Assembly (NCBI GenBank): GCA_964399335.1 | Contig: CAYNQI010000005.1 | Span: 1 to 50,942 of the forward strand | Length of the DNA stretch: 50,942 bases | DNA from: an uncultured Thermoplasmata archaeon | Lineage (GTDB): Archaea; Thermoplasmatota; Thermoplasmata; Halarchaeoplasmatales; Halarchaeoplasmataceae | Reading direction: 5' to 3' | In this document: in pieces, positions 35,969 to 45,363 of the stretch | Layout of the letters: every line of letters starts with the position of its first letter | Numbering within the stretch: the first letter of the stretch is position 1 | Translations under genes and position numbers: made by a program | Notes under the pieces: generated by a model | Databases searched by the model: none | Told to the model about the DNA's origin: nothing | The model's input: the letters and a program-made list of their open reading frames with translations, nothing else

Positions 35969-37783
35969 ATGCCTAAAGATAAATCGAGTAGCGCGGATGG
36001 AGTCAAATGGGACCTCTCAGATCTATATGATGATCATAATGATCCAAAGATTCAGGAAGATATTGATAAATCACTAGATGAAGCAGAAAAATTTAGAAAC
36101 GAATTTAAAGGAAAGATTGAAGAGGGTCAACTTACTCCAGAAGAATTAAAACAAGCTATGATTAAGTATGAAGATATATATGAGAAAATAGCTAAAGTAG
36201 CTTCTTTTGCACAATTATATTATTCATTAGATACTCAAGATCCGGATAGAGGTGCACTTGTTCAGAAGTCGCAGAAAAAGATGTCAGAAGTCAAAAACAA
36301 GATGGTATTTTTTGAATTGGAGTGGCAGAATCTTGGTCAAGATAAAGCAGAAGATTATATGATATCTGATGAGTTAAAAGACTATAAGAATTATTTGAGA
36401 CATTGGAGAAGATATGAACCCTATATGTTGTCTGAAAGTGAAGAACAGATTATCGAGTCAATGCAAAATACAGCAAAAGACGCTTTTGTTCGTTTATTTG
36501 ATCAAACAATAGGAGAAATTGAAGTTGAATTTGAATATGAGGATGAAAAACAAAAGATGGTTTTAGACCAGGCTTTATCTGTTTTATATGAAAGAGATAG
36601 AGAGAAACGTAAAATAGCCTCAAATGCAGTTACTGAAGCACTGAAAAACAAAAATAAAGTATTGACATTTATTTTTAATAATATTGTACAGAATCATACC
36701 ACAATATGTGAATTTAGAGATTACCCTGATCCGATGACCCCTAGAAATCTTGACAATCGAGTTGACAGAGATACCGTAGATGCGCTTATGGAAGCAGTGA
36801 TAGAGAACATGGATATCGTTCAGAATTATTACGAATTAAAAAAAGACATAATGGATCTGGATGAATTATACGATTACGATCGTTATGATCCATTACCTGG
36901 TACGATACCTGATGCAAATTTCGAAGAGAGTAAAGAAAAAGTTTTAGATGCCTATGAAAAGTTCTCTCCAAAGATGAGAGACATAGCTGAGAAATTCTTT
37001 AAAAACGACTGGATCGATGCTGAACTGAAGGCTGGTAAAAGAGGTGGGGCTTACAGTGCTAGTACCGTTCCTTCTGTACATCCATACATCCTATTAAACT
37101 TTACAGACAAGACCAGCGATACTATGACTATGGCCCATGAGTTAGGTCATGGTGTTCATCAATATCTAGCTAGAGATAAAGGTGTTTTACAGCAAAGCAC
37201 ACCTTTGACCACTGCTGAAATGGCTAGTGTTTTCGGTGAAATGCTTCTATTTGATAAATTGATGAATGAAACTGATGATCCTGAGAAGAGATTGATATTG
37301 CTTTCAGATAAGTTGCAAAGTGACTTCGCTACTGTCTTTAGACAGGTTATAATGACAAGGTTTGAACAAGAACTACATAAAGCGCAGCGTGAGAAAGGCG
37401 AATTAAAACCAGAACAAATTAATGATCTTTGGATAAAAGCAAATGAAAAAGAATTTGGAGATATCTTAGAGCTTAGAGAAGAATATGGATGGTGGTGGTC
37501 CTATGTCCTACACTTTGTACATTATCCCTTTTATTGCTACGCATATGCATTTGGTGAATTATTAGTACTTGCCTTATACGATATGTATAAAGAACAAGGA
37601 GAAGAATTTGTACCAAAATATATTGACCTATTGAAAGCGGGAGGATCAGACGATCCTAAGAATCTTTTACAGAGAATAGGTGTAGATATCACGGATCCCG
37701 AATTCTGGCAGAGAGGACTTGATGTTTTAAGAGATCATGTAGAACAAGCTAGGGAATTAGCTAAAGAAACAGAAAAGATATAA
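35969..37783 (+). CDS. pepF: Oligoendopeptidase F (M3B family)
   Basis: WDLSDLY, GKRGGAYS, HPYILLNF, AHELGHGVH (HExxH), AEMASVFGE, HFVHYPFYCYAYAFG. Start moved to 35969. Confidence 0.95.
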   Translation: MPKDKSSSADGVKWDLSDLYDDHNDPKIQEDIDKSLDEAEKFRNEFKGKIEEGQLTPEELKQAMIKYEDIYEKIAKVASFAQLYYSLDTQDPDRGALVQKSQKKMSEVKNKMVFFELEWQNLGQDKAEDYMISDELKDYKNYLRHWRRYEPYMLSESEEQIIESMQNTAKDAFVRLFDQTIGEIEVEFEYEDEKQKMVLDQALSVLYERDREKRKIASNAVTEALKNKNKVLTFIFNNIVQNHTTICEFRDYPDPMTPRNLDNRVDRDTVDALMEAVIENMDIVQNYYELKKDIMDLDELYDYDRYDPLPGTIPDANFEESKEKVLDAYEKFSPKMRDIAEKFFKNDWIDAELKAGKRGGAYSASTVPSVHPYILLNFTDKTSDTMTMAHELGHGVHQYLARDKGVLQQSTPLTTAEMASVFGEMLLFDKLMNETDDPEKRLILLSDKLQSDFATVFRQVIMTRFEQELHKAQREKGELKPEQINDLWIKANEKEFGDILELREEYGWWWSYVLHFVHYPFYCYAYAFGELLVLALYDMYKEQGEEFVPKYIDLLKAGGSDDPKNLLQRIGVDITDPEFWQRGLDVLRDHVEQARELAKETEKI

Positions 37784-37856
37784 AACATCCTTAACAAAAC
37801 CCTTTCCTTAACCTAATCTTTTTAATAGTATAACGTATTTTATGGTCCTAGATAAT

Positions 37857-38246
37857 ATGGCATGGGAACAAGACGAGATACGGAACCTAAAGGAAAATAG
37901 ATATTTAGTAATAGATGAAGAGCCATGTAAAATAAAAAAAATCGACGTTTCAAAACCAGGCAAACATGGTGAAGCAAAGGCTAGAATTGAAGCGATTGGT
38001 ATCTTTGATGGGAAGAAACATAGTATGGTAAATCCAGTCACTCATAAAGTTAAAGTCCCTATCATTGATAAAAAGAAAGGTCAGGTTATAAGTTTATCAG
38101 GGGATGAAGCTAAAATAATGGATCTTAATGATTATAATACGTTTAACATCGCTATTGATGACGATGAGATACTTGAAAACATTGAACAGGGCCAGGAAGT
38201 TAATTACATGACTGCTATGGGTAGAAAAAAGATAACTAGAGTATAA
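37857..38246 (+). CDS. eif5a: Translation initiation/elongation factor aIF5A
   Basis: Hypusine-site motif SKPGKHGEAK. Start moved to 37857. Confidence 0.97.
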   Translation: MAWEQDEIRNLKENRYLVIDEEPCKIKKIDVSKPGKHGEAKARIEAIGIFDGKKHSMVNPVTHKVKVPIIDKKKGQVISLSGDEAKIMDLNDYNTFNIAIDDDEILENIEQGQEVNYMTAMGRKKITRV

Positions 38247-38269
38247 TTTTATTTATATATATCTATCAT

Positions 38270-39112
38270 ATGTTTGCAGGAGCAAAATCTTCTTATGAAG
38301 AATCAAAATTTGTTATATTAGGTGTTCCTTTCGATAAAACATCTTCTTTTAGAGTCGGGTCTTATCAAGGACCCGATGCTATTCGTAATGCCTCCTTTTG
38401 TTTTGAACCGTACATGATGGAATACGGTCTTTCTTTGTCAGATATTGGGATCCATGACAAAGGAAATCTACAAGATTATGAAAATGTTAAGGATCTGGGT
38501 AAAGATCTAGAACAGGCGATCTCGAAAATTTTAGATGATGGTAAAGTTCCGATTGTTCTAGGTGGAGAACATTCTATTTCATATTTTACGGTCTCAGGTT
38601 TTAAAAATAAATTCGAGAAAATTGATGTTATAGTGCTCGATGCACATTTAGACTATAGAGATGAATATGAAGGCAATAAGTATAGTCATGCTACTCCTGT
38701 GAGGAGGATATCTGAATTAGATTTCGTAGAAAATTTAGTCGTTGGAGGTGTGAGATCGATGTCTAAAGAAGAGAGTCAATGTGATGACATTAGTTACATT
38801 ACTGCTGATAATTTTGACAGTGTTGAATTATCAAACATATTTGATGAAAATAATCCTATTTACTTATCTATAGATATGGATTTGTTAGATCCTTCATATG
38901 CCCCGGGAGTAGGTAACCCAGAACCATTCGGTGTAGAGCCTAGAAAGATAAAAAAGCTAATAAAAAGATTGTCTCATTTGATTGTAGGTATGGATATCGT
39001 AGAAACAAATCCTAAATTTGATGTAGGAGAAATAACCTCGAATCTTGCTGCTCGATTTGTATATGAGCTTTTAGGGGCTAAACAATCTAAAAAAAATAAA
39101 AAATGGTATTAG
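38270..39112 (+). CDS. speB: Agmatinase (ureohydrolase family)
   Basis: GVPFD.T.SFR.G, GGEHS, DAHLD, SIDMD.LDP..APGVG.PEP. Adjacent to aIF5A. Confidence 0.92.
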   Translation: MFAGAKSSYEESKFVILGVPFDKTSSFRVGSYQGPDAIRNASFCFEPYMMEYGLSLSDIGIHDKGNLQDYENVKDLGKDLEQAISKILDDGKVPIVLGGEHSISYFTVSGFKNKFEKIDVIVLDAHLDYRDEYEGNKYSHATPVRRISELDFVENLVVGGVRSMSKEESQCDDISYITADNFDSVELSNIFDENNPIYLSIDMDLLDPSYAPGVGNPEPFGVEPRKIKKLIKRLSHLIVGMDIVETNPKFDVGEITSNLAARFVYELLGAKQSKKNKKWY

Positions 39113-40200
39113 TATACTTGTTGGACTTGTTCGTCCTTTTTTGAATCTTTACCATAAATATGTTCAGATTTTACTCCTGTAGCAACTAGCATCACTCTTA
39201 GTTTATCATCTAATGTTGGATCAACTCTGCATCCCCAAATTATCTGTGCCCCGGGTTTGACTTTTTCTTCTATTCTCTCAGCTACAGTTTCAGCTTCGCT
39301 GACGCTCATTTCAGAACCTCCTGTAACGTTTAATAAAGCACCTGTAGCACCACTTATATCGACGTCCAATAAAGGTGAATTGATGGCTTGGTCTATCGCT
39401 TCTAAAGCTCTTTGTTTCCCATTAGCTGTGGATTCACCCATTCCGATCATAGCCTGTCCAGAATTTTCCATTATAGTTTTTAGATCGTTAAAATCTAAGT
39501 TTACAAGCCCAGGTTTGGTAACTATCTCAGTCATACCTTTAATTGATCTCATCAGTATCTCATCAGCCACTTTAAATGCTTTATTGAGTGAGAGTCTTGG
39601 AACAAGTTCAAGTAACTTATCGTTAGGAATGGTAATAACAGTATCTGCTACACCTCTCAAACGTTCTATACCCCAACGTGCATTTTCAGCTCTAGATTTA
39701 CCTTCTGCATCAAAAGGTCGGGTTAGTACTGCTATTGTGAGTGCCCCCGATTCTTTAGCAATTTTCGCAGCAGCTCCCACAGAGCCAGTTCCTGTCCCAC
39801 CTCCTAAACCACAAGTAAGGAAGACTATATCTCCATCGCCTAGTATATCTCTGAATTTATCTTCTACTTCTTCTGCTGCTTGTTGACCAACCTCTGGTTT
39901 TGCACCTGCACCTAAACCTCTAGTAATCCTTTTCCCCATCAATATTTTTCTATTTGCCCTTGTTGAAAGGAGGTCTTGTGCATCGGTATTTGCAGCTATC
40001 AATTCGGCACCTTTTATTCCCTCATCTGAAATTCTATTAATAGTATTGCAACCTGCTCCTCCAAGTCCAACGATGTATATTTTAGTTTTTAGATCTTTCA
40101 AAACACTTTTTAACTCTTCGTCCATTTGTTCATCTTTAAATTCATCTTCATTTCTACTAGCTTTTTGCTCGGAGAGTGCATCATTAACTATTGATTCCAT
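39109..40200 (-). CDS. ftsZ: Cell division protein FtsZ
   Basis: VGLGGAGCN, NTDAQDL, GLGGGTGTG, NLDFND. Confidence 0.97.
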   Translation of the reverse strand: MESIVNDALSEQKASRNEDEFKDEQMDEELKSVLKDLKTKIYIVGLGGAGCNTINRISDEGIKGAELIAANTDAQDLLSTRANRKILMGKRITRGLGAGAKPEVGQQAAEEVEDKFRDILGDGDIVFLTCGLGGGTGTGSVGAAAKIAKESGALTIAVLTRPFDAEGKSRAENARWGIERLRGVADTVITIPNDKLLELVPRLSLNKAFKVADEILMRSIKGMTEIVTKPGLVNLDFNDLKTIMENSGQAMIGMGESTANGKQRALEAIDQAINSPLLDVDISGATGALLNVTGGSEMSVSEAETVAERIEEKVKPGAQIIWGCRVDPTLDDKLRVMLVATGVKSEHIYGKDSKKDEQVQQVY

Positions 40201-40370
40201 CTTGATTCGCCCCTAATTATATTTCAAGTTTCTCAAACCATTATTTGCGAACCATTATTAATATTTATGGATTTTGTCAGATTGAAAAATAATTTTAAAT
40301 ATTTAAAATAATTAATGAAAAGGTTTAGATAAGAGGTTTTTTTGAAAAGGAACTTTTAAAGGAAAGTCCT

Positions 40371-40682
40371 TTAGAATAAAGAGCCTAAACCTGCAGCAGC
40401 TTCTTCTTTTTCCTTTTCTTCGTCTCTTTCCTCTTCTTCTTCCTCTTCTTCTTCCTCTTCTTCTTCCTCTTCAGTTGAGGTTGGTGCGGCTCCAGCTGTA
40501 GGCATTGCTATGCCTTCTTTAATAGCCTCTTCAATATCAACTTCTTCTAAAGAAGCAGTCAAAGCTTTTATCCTTGATTCGTCGGGTTCGACACCAGCAG
40601 CTTCGAGGATACTGCTAATAGCCTCTTCTGTGATATCTTTCCCAGCTGAGTGGAGCACCAATGCACTATATACATATTCCAT
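40371..40682 (-). CDS. rpl12: 50S ribosomal protein P1/L12
   Basis: [11 protein letters not shown], a poly-Glu hinge and C-terminal AGLGSLF. Confidence 0.97.
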   Translation of the reverse strand: MEYVYSALVLHSAGKDITEEAISSILEAAGVEPDESRIKALTASLEEVDIEEAIKEGIAMPTAGAAPTSTEEEEEEEEEEEEEEERDEEKEKEEAAAGLGSLF

Positions 40683-40720
40683 ATTTCATACCTCCATATT
40701 GAATTTCATATTACTTTTTA

Positions 40721-41695
40721 TTATTCTTTTTGTTCGTTATTTTGTTCATTTTCTTCTGACGTTTCTTCATTATCTGAATCATCTTCATTTGATCCTTCTT
40801 TTTCTACATCGATACCAAGGTTCTCTAATAATTCATCATCCAATGCCGCAGGATCTAATTTAGCGGCGATACCAAGCATATCCTTTTGTGCCTCTGTAAG
40901 CTTTATCTTTATAGTTTCATTATTTAATATATCTGAGTTTATTGCTAGACTGAATGCATCATTGTGAGCTTTCATGATCAAAGAAGTTATGTTTTCCTTT
41001 GTTGGATATCCAGAATTTACAGATAAATTGAACGCCGATAAAGCTCCTTGTTTGATTTGATCTTTAAATTCTGAACTATCTATATCTAATACCTCTTTTT
41101 CATAGATTTCTCCATCCTCATATGTAACTCTTAGATCTAAACCAACCGTGATAGGTTGTATTTTTAGCCTAGTCAACATAGTAGCGAGGTCTTTAGAAAT
41201 GGTTTCGCCTTTCTTCACGACGACCTTTGTTTTATTGATCACAACTTTACCGCCTTTAATTGATGCAGGTATACCTGCTTTTTGAAGGTCTCCTACGATG
41301 GGTCCTGGTTTAAAGGGTGTGTCCCCTTTTTCTACTTTGATATTCTCTGGGGCTGTTTCCCCTCCTCGTGCGGGAGCTTTTGTTTTAGTTGCTTCCATCT
41401 TTTTAAACAGTTTGAAAGGGTTGGAATCAGTTGTAACTAAGGCAGTTTGTCCAGAAAGATAATCTTCTATTTTTTCTAAATTTTCTTTTTCCTGAGAAAT
41501 CTCTTCTAATGCTTTTTCGATAAGTGTGTTTCTAGATACTGTTAGATTAACACTACCCCTTAATTTTGCTCTCATTTGTTGCATCTGTAGTGAGGGGATC
41601 CCTTCTATATCAACTACCCCTACTACCGGACTATTTTTCAATAGATTAGACAACCGTTCTACTTCATTTTTTTTCCAAATTGGAATCCCGTCCAT
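40721..41695 (-). CDS. rplP0: 50S ribosomal protein P0/L10
   Basis: WKKNEV, QMQQMR, SRNTLI, TPFKPGP. Confidence 0.96.
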   Translation of the reverse strand: MDGIPIWKKNEVERLSNLLKNSPVVGVVDIEGIPSLQMQQMRAKLRGSVNLTVSRNTLIEKALEEISQEKENLEKIEDYLSGQTALVTTDSNPFKLFKKMEATKTKAPARGGETAPENIKVEKGDTPFKPGPIVGDLQKAGIPASIKGGKVVINKTKVVVKKGETISKDLATMLTRLKIQPITVGLDLRVTYEDGEIYEKEVLDIDSSEFKDQIKQGALSAFNLSVNSGYPTKENITSLIMKAHNDAFSLAINSDILNNETIKIKLTEAQKDMLGIAAKLDPAALDDELLENLGIDVEKEGSNEDDSDNEETSEENEQNNEQKE

Positions 41696-41704
41696 GTTAT
41701 CATC

Positions 41705-42343
41705 TCACATTATCCTCACTGCAGGACCCATTGTTGTTTTGATATAAACGCTTTTGATATTCATTTCCCGTCTTTCAAGATTCATAGTAATTCGCCTTAT
41801 AATTGTACTAGCGTTGTCAGCTAACTCTTCGATGCTCATTTTTTCGGTACCGATCGGTGCATGAAATGTCATCCTATCCCTAGATCGAACGTGTACTGTA
41901 TTTTTTAGAGAATTGATTGTATCTTTGATATCCATATTGGGTGTTACAGGATTGGGCATTTTACCTTTAGGTCCTAAGATAGCACCTAGTTCCCTACCTA
42001 TTACCGGCATGAGAGGAGGCTCAGCAAGGAAAAACTCGTGTTCTTCTGCTAATTTTCTAGCCCTTCTTTTATCATCTGAAAGTTCATCAATCTCCTCAGG
42101 TTCTATCACTGTATCAGCTGAATCCCTTGCATTAAGTGCCATTTCTCCACTTCCAAATACACCTACTTTTATGGTTTTACCTCTCCCATTTGGTAAAACA
42201 ATCTCTTCATTAATTCTGTTATCTGGATTAGAAAGGTCAATGTCCCTGAGATTAACAGCCAGTTCAAGACTTTCATTAAAATTCCTGTCTGGAGAATCTT
42301 CAAGTGCTTTTTTTATGCCATTGATTATATTTTCTTCTGCCAA
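41705..42343 (-). CDS. rpl1: 50S ribosomal protein L1
   Basis: RNFNESLELAVNL, LGPKGKMP, KTTMGP. TTG start. Confidence 0.97.
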   Translation of the reverse strand: MAEENIINGIKKALEDSPDRNFNESLELAVNLRDIDLSNPDNRINEEIVLPNGRGKTIKVGVFGSGEMALNARDSADTVIEPEEIDELSDDKRRARKLAEEHEFFLAEPPLMPVIGRELGAILGPKGKMPNPVTPNMDIKDTINSLKNTVHVRSRDRMTFHAPIGTEKMSIEELADNASTIIRRITMNLERREMNIKSVYIKTTMGPAVRIM

Positions 42344-42353
42344 ATTAATACCT

Positions 42354-42385
42354 CCTGTAGTCCTGACGGATCATCCTCCTACAGG
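42354..42385 (-). promoter_or_regulatory. L1-binding autoregulatory leader hairpin of the L1-P0-L12 operon
   Basis: RNA CCUGUAG-GAG-GAUG-AUC-CGUC-AGGA-CUACAGG, a stem with an asymmetric internal loop whose 3' arm overlaps the GGAGG SD. Confidence 0.7.
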
Positions 42386-42450
42386 TAGTGGGAGCACAGT
42401 ATACTCGTATATTTATATGTTTTGGTTTTCTAACTGGATCCACTAAGGAC

Positions 42451-42465
42451 AACGCTTTTATATAA
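42451..42465 (+). promoter_or_regulatory. BRE-TATA promoter of the S13-S4-S11-rpoD operon
   Basis: AACGCTTTTATATAA upstream of the TTG at 42523. Confidence 0.55.
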
Positions 42466-42522
42466 CTTATTGTTTAGCACAAAACCGAATTACTCCAATC
42501 CAATATAAATGGAGGACTTATC

Positions 42523-43002
42523 TTGGCAGATGATGAAGAATACGAAGAGGATTTCCAATACATAGTTCGATTAATGAATACCGATATAGATGGAGAGAAA
42601 CCCGTACTTTACGCTTTGAGACAGATAAAGGGTGTGGGTACAAGGGTATCCGAGACTATAGTTAAATCTAGTCATGTCGATCCATTGATTAAGATCGGTA
42701 AGTTAAGTGAAGAAGAGATTGATAAATTAAAGGAACATATCCAGAGTTTTTCTGAGGAAGTACCTGATTGGATCAAAAACAGGAAGAGAGATCCTGTTAC
42801 TGGAAAGGATGATCATCTATTCGGTACACAACTTGATAATGCGCATCGAGAAGATATCAATCGGATGAAAAAGATCAGTTCATATAAAGGAATCCGACAT
42901 GAAAGTGGACATAAGGTCAGAGGTCAGAGAACTAAATCTAATGGTAGAACTGGCATGGAACTAGGTGTCCAGAAGAAAAGGATTAGCAGGCAAGCTGAAT
43001 AG
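42523..43002 (+). CDS. rps13: 30S ribosomal protein S13
   Basis: YIVRLMNTDIDG, ALRQIKGVG, SYKGIRH..G.KVRGQRT. TTG start. Confidence 0.97.
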   Translation: MADDEEYEEDFQYIVRLMNTDIDGEKPVLYALRQIKGVGTRVSETIVKSSHVDPLIKIGKLSEEEIDKLKEHIQSFSEEVPDWIKNRKRDPVTGKDDHLFGTQLDNAHREDINRMKKISSYKGIRHESGHKVRGQRTKSNGRTGMELGVQKKRISRQAE

Positions 43003-43014
43003 GAGTGAATAAAC

Positions 43015-43614
43015 ATGGGAGATCCAAAACATAGTAGAAAAAAGTTCGAAAATCCTCCGCATCCTTGGCAACAAGATAGAATACAAGAGGAAAATGAATA
43101 TCTAAAGTATTATGGTCTAAGAAATAAAAAAGAATTCTGGAAAGCTAAATCATCATTGAAAAGAATAAGAGGTCAAGCTAGGAATTTACAGGCAAGGTTA
43201 AGATATGGTGATAAACAAGCAAATTTGGAAAAAGAAAACCTTATCGATAAATTGAGAACCAAAGGTTACTTGAAAGGGGAAGAAAATACACTGAATGATA
43301 TATTGAATTTGACCGTTGAAAATTTATTGAATAGAAGATTACAAAGCATAGTTTATCATAAAGGCCTATCACATTCACCGAAACAAGCAAGACAGTTTAT
43401 TACACATGGACATATACAAGTAGATGGTAGAAGAGTGACTGTTCCCAGCTATAAAGTAGGTAGAGAAGAGGAACCTACAATTGAATATCATAACTCATCT
43501 CCGCTTTCAGATGAATTGCATCCTGAACGTAGAGAAGAAGAAACAAGTCCTATGACTATTCCAGAACAGATGAGGAAAGAAAAAGAAAAACAAAAGTATA
43601 GTAGGAGGCGATGA
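43015..43614 (+). CDS. rps4: 30S ribosomal protein S4
   Basis: [37 protein letters not shown]. Confidence 0.97.
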   Translation: MGDPKHSRKKFENPPHPWQQDRIQEENEYLKYYGLRNKKEFWKAKSSLKRIRGQARNLQARLRYGDKQANLEKENLIDKLRTKGYLKGEENTLNDILNLTVENLLNRRLQSIVYHKGLSHSPKQARQFITHGHIQVDGRRVTVPSYKVGREEEPTIEYHNSSPLSDELHPERREEETSPMTIPEQMRKEKEKQKYSRRR

Positions 43615-44000
43615 AAATGGGAAAATGGGGTGTAGCACATGTTTATGCATCATATAATAATGTATTGATAACAATAACGGATATAACAGGAGCAGAAACA
43701 ATATCTAAGTATACCGGTGGCATGGTTGTTAGACAGGATAAAGATCAGTCATCGCCTTACGCAGCTATGGAAGCAGCCAGAAAAGCAGTGGATGAAGCTA
43801 AAGAAAAAGGAATTTCCAAATTGCATGTAAAGGTTAGAGCACCAGGTGGTAGTAAATCGCATTCACCGGGACCAGGGTCACAAGCAGCTATAAGAGCATT
43901 TGCTAGAGCTGGTGTGAAAATTGGTAACATCGAGGATGTTACTCCTATACCTCATGATACCACCAAACCTAAAGGTGGACGTAGAGGACGTCGGGTTTAA
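43611..44000 (+). CDS. rps11: 30S ribosomal protein S11
   Basis: [40 protein letters not shown]. Confidence 0.98.
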   Translation: MKMGKWGVAHVYASYNNVLITITDITGAETISKYTGGMVVRQDKDQSSPYAAMEAARKAVDEAKEKGISKLHVKVRAPGGSKSHSPGPGSQAAIRAFARAGVKIGNIEDVTPIPHDTTKPKGGRRGRRV

Positions 44001-44006
44001 ACTAAG

Positions 44007-44852
44007 TTGATTAAAATGAAGTTAGAAAATAAGCGATTGGACGATCGTAAAGCTAGGCTCGTTATCGGGGATGTAAATCCTCCTTTGATAAACGCATTGA
44101 GAAGAGCCCTTATAGCCGATGTACCAAAACTTGCTATTGAAGATGTAGAATTTCATCTAGGTTCTATCGGTAGTGAAGATGAAGATAAAGAATACGAGAG
44201 TAATACCCCCTTATTCGATGAAATTATTGCACACAGACTTGGTATGATTCCTATACCTACAGATCTTGAATTATTTAATTATAGAGATGAGTGTAACGAA
44301 TGTGATGGTGAAGGTTGTCCAAATTGTACAATAATTTATAGTCTTAGTAAGAAAGGTCCCTGTACAGTTTATTCTGGTGATCTGAATCCAGTCGGAGAAA
44401 CGAATCTAAGAGTTGTTGATGACTTGATACCAATTGTAAAGTTAGAAGATGATCAGGCAATACTACTTTATGCAACAGCAGAACTAGGAACAGCAAAAGA
44501 ACACGCAAAATGGCAGCCAACTAGTGGTGTTGGTTACAAATATTATCCAGAGTTTGACTTTGATTCAGATAAATGTGATGAATGCGGAATGTGTATAGAA
44601 GCATGTCCAATTGATATCTTGGAAACCGAAAATGGAGATATAACAGTTACTGATATCGAGGCTTGCACATTATGTAATTCATGTGTTGATGTTTGCGATA
44701 AGAATGCTATCAATGTAAAAGGGCGGGAAGACAAATTCATACTTCGATACGAAACTGATGGGTCGTTGACTTCTGAAGACACATTAAAGAAATCATTAAA
44801 AATACTTGATGAAAAGTTCGCTGATTTTGTAAACATGGTAGACAAAATATAG
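44007..44852 (+). CDS. rpoD: DNA-directed RNA polymerase subunit D (Rpo3) with a ferredoxin-like insert
   Basis: INALRRALIADVP..AI, DEIIAHRLGMIP, G.AKEHAKWQP, CDECGMCIEACP...CTLCNSCVDVC. Confidence 0.97.
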   Translation: MIKMKLENKRLDDRKARLVIGDVNPPLINALRRALIADVPKLAIEDVEFHLGSIGSEDEDKEYESNTPLFDEIIAHRLGMIPIPTDLELFNYRDECNECDGEGCPNCTIIYSLSKKGPCTVYSGDLNPVGETNLRVVDDLIPIVKLEDDQAILLYATAELGTAKEHAKWQPTSGVGYKYYPEFDFDSDKCDECGMCIEACPIDILETENGDITVTDIEACTLCNSCVDVCDKNAINVKGREDKFILRYETDGSLTSEDTLKKSLKILDEKFADFVNMVDKI

Positions 44853-44974
44853 GATCAAACTTCATTCTTTTGACTTGTTATTCATGACAAATATTGAATG
44901 TGATAGTTTACAAATCAATTTAAGAAACCCTCAATTTTATATATATTGTATATCTACTCCATTTAACTCATACT

Positions 44975-45059
44975 GCGAGGGTAGCCAAGCATGGCCAACG
45001 GCGCAGCGTTGAGGGCGCTGTCCTATAGAGGTCCGAGGGTTCAAATCCCTTCCCTCGCA
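44975..45059 (+). tRNA. tRNA-Leu(GAG), 85 nt, long variable arm, no intron, CCA not encoded
   Basis: Acceptor stem GCGAGGG/CCCTCGC plus A; anticodon arm CAGCG-TTGAGGG-CGCTG; T arm GAGGG-TTCAAAT-CCCTT; followed by a T6 tract. Confidence 0.96.
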
Positions 45060-45363
45060 CTTTTTTACTAAATGAGTGGAGCGATTGAAGTGAAAAAGTA
45101 AGCAAAATCTCTGATTCTGTGACATTTATCACACTTCTTGAACGGATGCGAAAGAAGTTGATAAAAATGGGCAGCGAATGTTATTGAGTTGCTAGGAACT
45201 TTTTTGAGAACTAAAAACGTGTGGAGCTATCGAAGGTGAGCTTCAAAAAAGCAGGATCGGTAAGTTAACAGTTTTTCTATTTTTAATTGTCGATCCTTGC
45301 TAATATTCTGCCGAAAGGATTATATTACTCTTTAAACATTATTATTGTTAGGATATAGTATAT

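Noticed and set aside
39257-39886. 209-aa plus-strand ORF within ftsZ
   Set aside because: Antisense shadow.
40284-40301. AT-only palindrome ATTTTAAATATTTAAAAT near the ftsZ promoter
   Set aside because: Expected by chance in very AT-rich intergenic DNA.
40405-40475. TCTTCTTCC microsatellite-like run
   Set aside because: Encodes the normal poly-Glu hinge of ribosomal protein P1/L12.
44937-45125. 62-aa minus-strand ORF
   Set aside because: It is the antisense of tRNA-Leu.
45251-45300. Imperfect inverted repeat GCAGGATCG...CGATCCTTGC upstream of the SBP gene
   Set aside because: Short, bulged and with an AT-rich loop. No second copy or transposase supports a MITE or riboswitch call.
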